Shown: positions 59,732-64,000 of the stretch, piece by piece
Position numbering within the stretch: the first letter of the stretch is position 1
Layout: each line of letters opens with the position of its first letter
Origin: Fimicolochytrium jonesii
Taxonomy: Eukaryota
DNA length: 64,000 bases
Direction of reading: 5' to 3'
Assembly (NCBI RefSeq): GCF_025526975.1
Contig: NW_026515684.1
Location: 1-64,000 of the forward strand
Notes under the pieces: generated by a model
Database searches by the model: none
What the model was told of the DNA's origin: nothing
Seen by the model: only the letters and a program-made list of their open reading frames with translations
Translations under genes and position numbers: made by a program

Positions 59732-61479
59732 TCATATCTCGAGATCCTCATCGCCACTGTCGTCCCCGTCGCGATCATGATCACGGTCCCCATCGTAGTA
59801 ATCACGTTCGTCTGCGGTATGTTTCTGCTTGTTGCGTGATGTGTCGGCGAATATGCCTGAGTAGTCGCGGACGTCGGCGTATGTGTCTTCTGCGTCGTCG
59901 GCCTGATGCGGGGAAAAGCATGGTTGTCATTTCGAAATCCAACCACCGCCGTTACCAATGCGCACTCATCCCGCCATACCTGCCGTCCGTCGACATCATA
60001 CAACTTATCCAACCCCGGCGGAATCACATCCATCTGCACACTCGGCGCATGCTCAATTTCCCTCAAATACTCCCTAACCTTCTCCCTAATCCCATCCAAC
60101 TTCTGCCTCGTATTCGTATCCTCCGCATTCGGATCTACAATTGGCGCATGCAGCTGGTAATCCGGCCCATAGTAGCTCATGTACAAGTTGCCCGGCAATT
60201 CGTTCTCGAGGTCGGTGTCGGTGAGCACGCTGGTCTCGTACGTCCATGCCCGTGCCACGTTGCGGATGGTGTACCCGCCGCCGCCGAGGACAAGCATGGG
60301 GACTTTGAACGATTTCATGAATTTGACGCATTCGCCGTGTCCGCGGATACTGAGGTTGAACGAGCCCAGCCGATCAGAAGCTAATGAGTCCGCCCCGCAT
60401 TGGAGGACCACGGCGCCTGGCCTAAACATAGTCATCACGTCGGTCATGACGCTACGAAAGATGTATGCGTAGGATTCGTCGTTGATAAATTCGGTGAGGG
60501 GTACGTTGACGGCGTAGTTGCGTCCTGCCGCGCAGCCTTTTTCTTCTATTGAGCCTGTGCCGGGGAAGAAGTGGCCGTCGTAGCGGTGGAAGGAGACGGT
60601 CATGACGCGGTTGGAGCGGTAGAAGGCTTCTTGAACGCCGTCGCCGTGGTGGACGTCAATGTCGACGTAGAGGACGCGTGGGAACTCCCTATTGTAGGTG
60701 GTTGAGATGATGTTCAGCTCCACCAACTCTAGTCGATAGTCTCGAACATCCCTCGACTCACCTCAGCAATTCACATATCCCCAAAACAATATCATTCACA
60801 TAACAGAACCCCGACGCCTCCCACTTCTTCGCATGATGCAAGCCGCCCGACCAGTTGACCGCAATATCCGCCGTTCCCGCGACCAACTTCCGCGCAGCGT
60901 CTATTGACGCGCCTGAATACATCGAGCAGAAGTCCCATAGGCCGTCGAACACCGGACAATCTTCGACCCCGACGTTGTAGCGACGCAGGCATTGCTCGTA
61001 CATGTAAAAGTTATCTGGCGTTACTCTGCATGTTTGGGAAGAGGTCAGTCCGCCGCGAACATCCGATCGGGTGCATACTACATTCACCGCACCTCCTGAG
61101 AAACTCCACATAGTCCGCCGAATGGAAGTACTTGATCTCCTCTTCAGACGCATTCCTCGCCCTGAAATTCAGCATCTTCTTCTCCAGCCCGTAGGACACG
61201 ACCAGGTTGTGTGTTAAGGATAATCGCGCTGGTTTCATTGGATGTCCCTCCCTTTGGTCAAAGAAACGCAATATCAGCGATGCTAATCCTGATGATCCCT
61301 TCCCGCGCTCTCTCGTACCCGTAATGGTAACTCCCTGCCTCCTCGTGGAAGAAGTATGCCACTGTTTCCTTGCTGTGTGGCCCGACCGACCGCTTCAAGT
61401 CCGCGTCGAGAGGCGGCATGGAAAATGCCTTATATGGAGAAATCTCGCTCTCCATCGCGGCATAGTTTCGTTTCGACAT
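59732..61479 (-). CDS. Class I histone deacetylase, HDAC3/Hos2 subgroup
   Basis: [58 protein letters not shown] and [12 protein letters not shown]. The last exon (donor CAG|GTATGG, acceptor at ~59902) ends [10 protein letters not shown]...EDLEI. Confidence 0.93.
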
Positions 61480-61973
61480 TTGTTGTTATGATTCCGTTCT
61501 CCGATTCCCTTCTCCAGCTCCCTTCTCCCTCTATGGAATAAGATTCGATTGCTTCGTTTCTATAGTATTCAGACCGTTATCCAGAGCTCTAAACCGCACG
61601 GAACTTCTAAGTTTGACCGTGTCGCTAGCTACAAGACAAAACGGTCCGAAACCTATATGATATATAGTGGTCTTTTAAGAGAAGCCGTCCTCTGTTCGGG
61701 TATGAATTGCGAACTGCGAACTGCGAAATGTCCACTGCCAACTCGGCGAACAAGCAGGCCGCCGGTTCCTTCAGACGCGCCGCCACGCGTGAGAATCCCG
61801 TCGACCGGCACGACCTAGACATGAACATCACAACGGATACCACTTATTCGAGCGAAGCATCACCTCGCCTTCCCCAATGATTTTACAAGAGTTCACATTG
61901 TATGATGCTCGATATTTTGATTCCCAAAAAACACCCAAAAAAGGCTTGCCGCATTCCGGCTCTGGAGCGGTTC

Positions 61974-62597
61974 TCATGTCTCCCCTTCATTTTCACAAGG
62001 ATTATCGTCTCCACCACATTCTTTCTGCCTCCACAGCACCCGATCCTTCCCCCTCACCACCCTATACACCACATGTTTAGCCCCAAACGATTCCCACACG
62101 AGGTACATCACTATCGTCGCCAGGATGAACCCCACGATGAGCACTATCCCGTTCTCCCTCGACGTTGGTGTGAGCGATACGCGTCGCTTCATGTTGCGAA
62201 TAGCTGACAGCGAATAGCTCGACATTTTCCGCAACAGTGTTGGGTGTCGCGTTCCTCCGGGTGTTACTACTGCGGACGAAAGATCAGATGCCGATCCGAC
62301 TCGAGAGGATGAGGCAGAGGCCGAGGGGCTAATATCCGGTGAGTTGGTGTTGCTCGCACCATTGGGACGTTGTCGTAACAGGCCTTCGTTTTCGCCGGCT
62401 ATCGACACGCTGCGGGCAGTGGCGCTGGTTATGCCGTTTGGCTGACGAGTGGTAGCGTGATTGGCGCTGCTTCTGTTGCTGTTGGCGTTGGAGTTCGCGG
62501 GCGGTGAGCTTGGAACTCCGCCATCTTCGTCTTCGCTACTGATGTCTTCTCGCAGGTTTGTGTAGATGGAGGTTGGAGAATTGGCTCTTTTGGGCAT
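61974..62597 (-). CDS. Hypothetical single-pass membrane protein
   Basis: ATG at 62597; disordered S/N-rich N-terminus and a hydrophobic segment GIVLIVGFILATIVMYLVW near the C-terminus. Confidence 0.55.
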   Translation of the reverse strand: MPKRANSPTSIYTNLREDISSEDEDGGVPSSPPANSNANSNRSSANHATTRQPNGITSATARSVSIAGENEGLLRQRPNGASNTNSPDISPSASASSSRVGSASDLSSAVVTPGGTRHPTLLRKMSSYSLSAIRNMKRRVSLTPTSRENGIVLIVGFILATIVMYLVWESFGAKHVVYRVVRGKDRVLWRQKECGGDDNPCENEGET

Positions 62598-62861
62598 GGT
62601 CTTCGCGTGGGACTCAGGTAACGACGGTCGGTGTTCGCAGTGTTCGCAGAGGTTTGAGTGCGGAGGGTATGTTTCGTTCCGGCGACTGATGAGGCAAACA
62701 ACACTTCTCAGGAAGGAGAGAAAGCACGAGCGTGGGAGGAGAGGGGTTTGAACGTGTTGTGACAAACGCGTCGCCGCTGCCGTTGGAGACTCCATGGACC
62801 ATGATCCAGCAGACCCAGGCGTCCAGCGCAATCGAAGATCCTTCACACACACACACATACA

Positions 62862-64000
62862 ATGGCGGATACACCGGCCACCGATAGGGCAGAGAAACGA
62901 CGCCGCCGGCAGGGCGCAAAGGCTCTCAATCCCGCAGCCGCGCCAACGCCGGCAGACGCCCCAGAACCCGCCGCAAGGCGAAACGGCTGGCCCGTTCCGA
63001 ACCCTTTCTCAGTTCTTTTCTTCGTTTTTCTCGTCTCCTATCTTGTTTGGAAGATAAAGAAGGAGTACGCAGAAGACGACATCTTCAGAACGACGCAATC
63101 GACATCGGCGGAAGCCGCCCCGTCAGCGGCTGTCACGACGCCAGGCGCTCCCATTCTGACCGACCGTATCGTCGCAATCGGAGATCTGCACGGCGACTAC
63201 CCAAACGCACTCTCCGTCTTTCAAATGGCGGGTCTAGCAGACACAGATGGGAACTGGGTAGGCAACAAATCCATCCTCGTGCAGACGGGTGACATCGTCG
63301 ATCGCGGGCCGGACACGATGAAGTTGTACGTCTTCATCCGCCGACTGACGAAGCAGGCCGCTGAGGCTGGCGGGAGGGTCGTGCCGCTGTTGGGGAACCA
63401 TGAGGTGATGAATATGATGGAGGATTTCAGATATGTAGCGAACGAGGACGTGGAGAGCTTTGGAGGCATGCCTCAGAGGAAAGAGGCGTGGAGCAAGGAT
63501 GGTGGGTGTCGTATGGACGGACGCGTTATGTCGTGGATCATAGGGGGCATGAGGTCGGATTGCTAAAGGCCGCCTTGGTTGGACATTCTCAGGATGGCTG
63601 GGGAGGTATTTGCGGACGTGGGATATCACAGCTATCGTCAACGGGACAGTGTTCCTTCACGGCGGGTGAGTCAAGCGCAACTTCTCGATTCCGCCATTTG
63701 TTCTCCCCGCTTATGCCATCTAACATGTGCCCCCTCTCGCAGTCTCCATCCCACATGGGCCGCACAAGGGATTGACGCCCTCAACAAAGCCGCCCGAACA
63801 GCTCTTACCACTAGAACCCCACATGAGCTCTGGGGCGTGAAGCTATTTCAAGGCGACGGGCCGCTTTGGTACCGCGGGTACGCTAACGACGATGAGAAGG
63901 TGGTCTGCGACACGCTTGATACCGCTTTGGGCATGGTCAATGTACGTTTTGGCGCTCATGGGTCCGGTTACCTGCCTGCGTTGGACGGTCTTAACAACAG
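62862..64000 (+). CDS. Membrane-anchored Shewanella-like (Shelph) metallophosphatase; 3' end lies beyond the window
   Basis: N-terminal TM segment; GDLHGD, VQTGDIVDRGPD, LLGNHEVMN, VFLHGG and GPLWYRGYA across GT-AG introns. Confidence 0.88.

Overview
Gene-dense, intron-containing eukaryotic DNA, most likely from a flagellated (zoosporic, chytrid-type) fungus. It combines a fungal marker (eEF3) with cilium-associated genes (axonemal dynein DNAH7, IQCH, ERICH2-like) and animal-like genes that yeasts lack or have strongly diverged (BTG/Tob, SMG5-like, HDAC3-type tail). From about 3.8 kb onward there are about 21 housekeeping or ciliary genes. The first ~2.85 kb is different, and the ORF track misses it. 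Splicing and translating the minus strand by hand gives a three-exon, disrupted gene with an N-terminal PHD-like Zn finger and a C-terminal TET/JBP-type 2OG-Fe(II) dioxygenase domain. It is flanked by 23-bp tandem repeats and a possible terminal sequence, consistent with the end of a decayed TET-carrying DNA transposon. Non-coding DNA also carries many TA-CAG/CTG-TA heptamers that resemble Tc1/mariner excision footprints. Exon boundaries were inferred by eye from GT/AG signals, and family calls come from recognising motifs; no database search was run.
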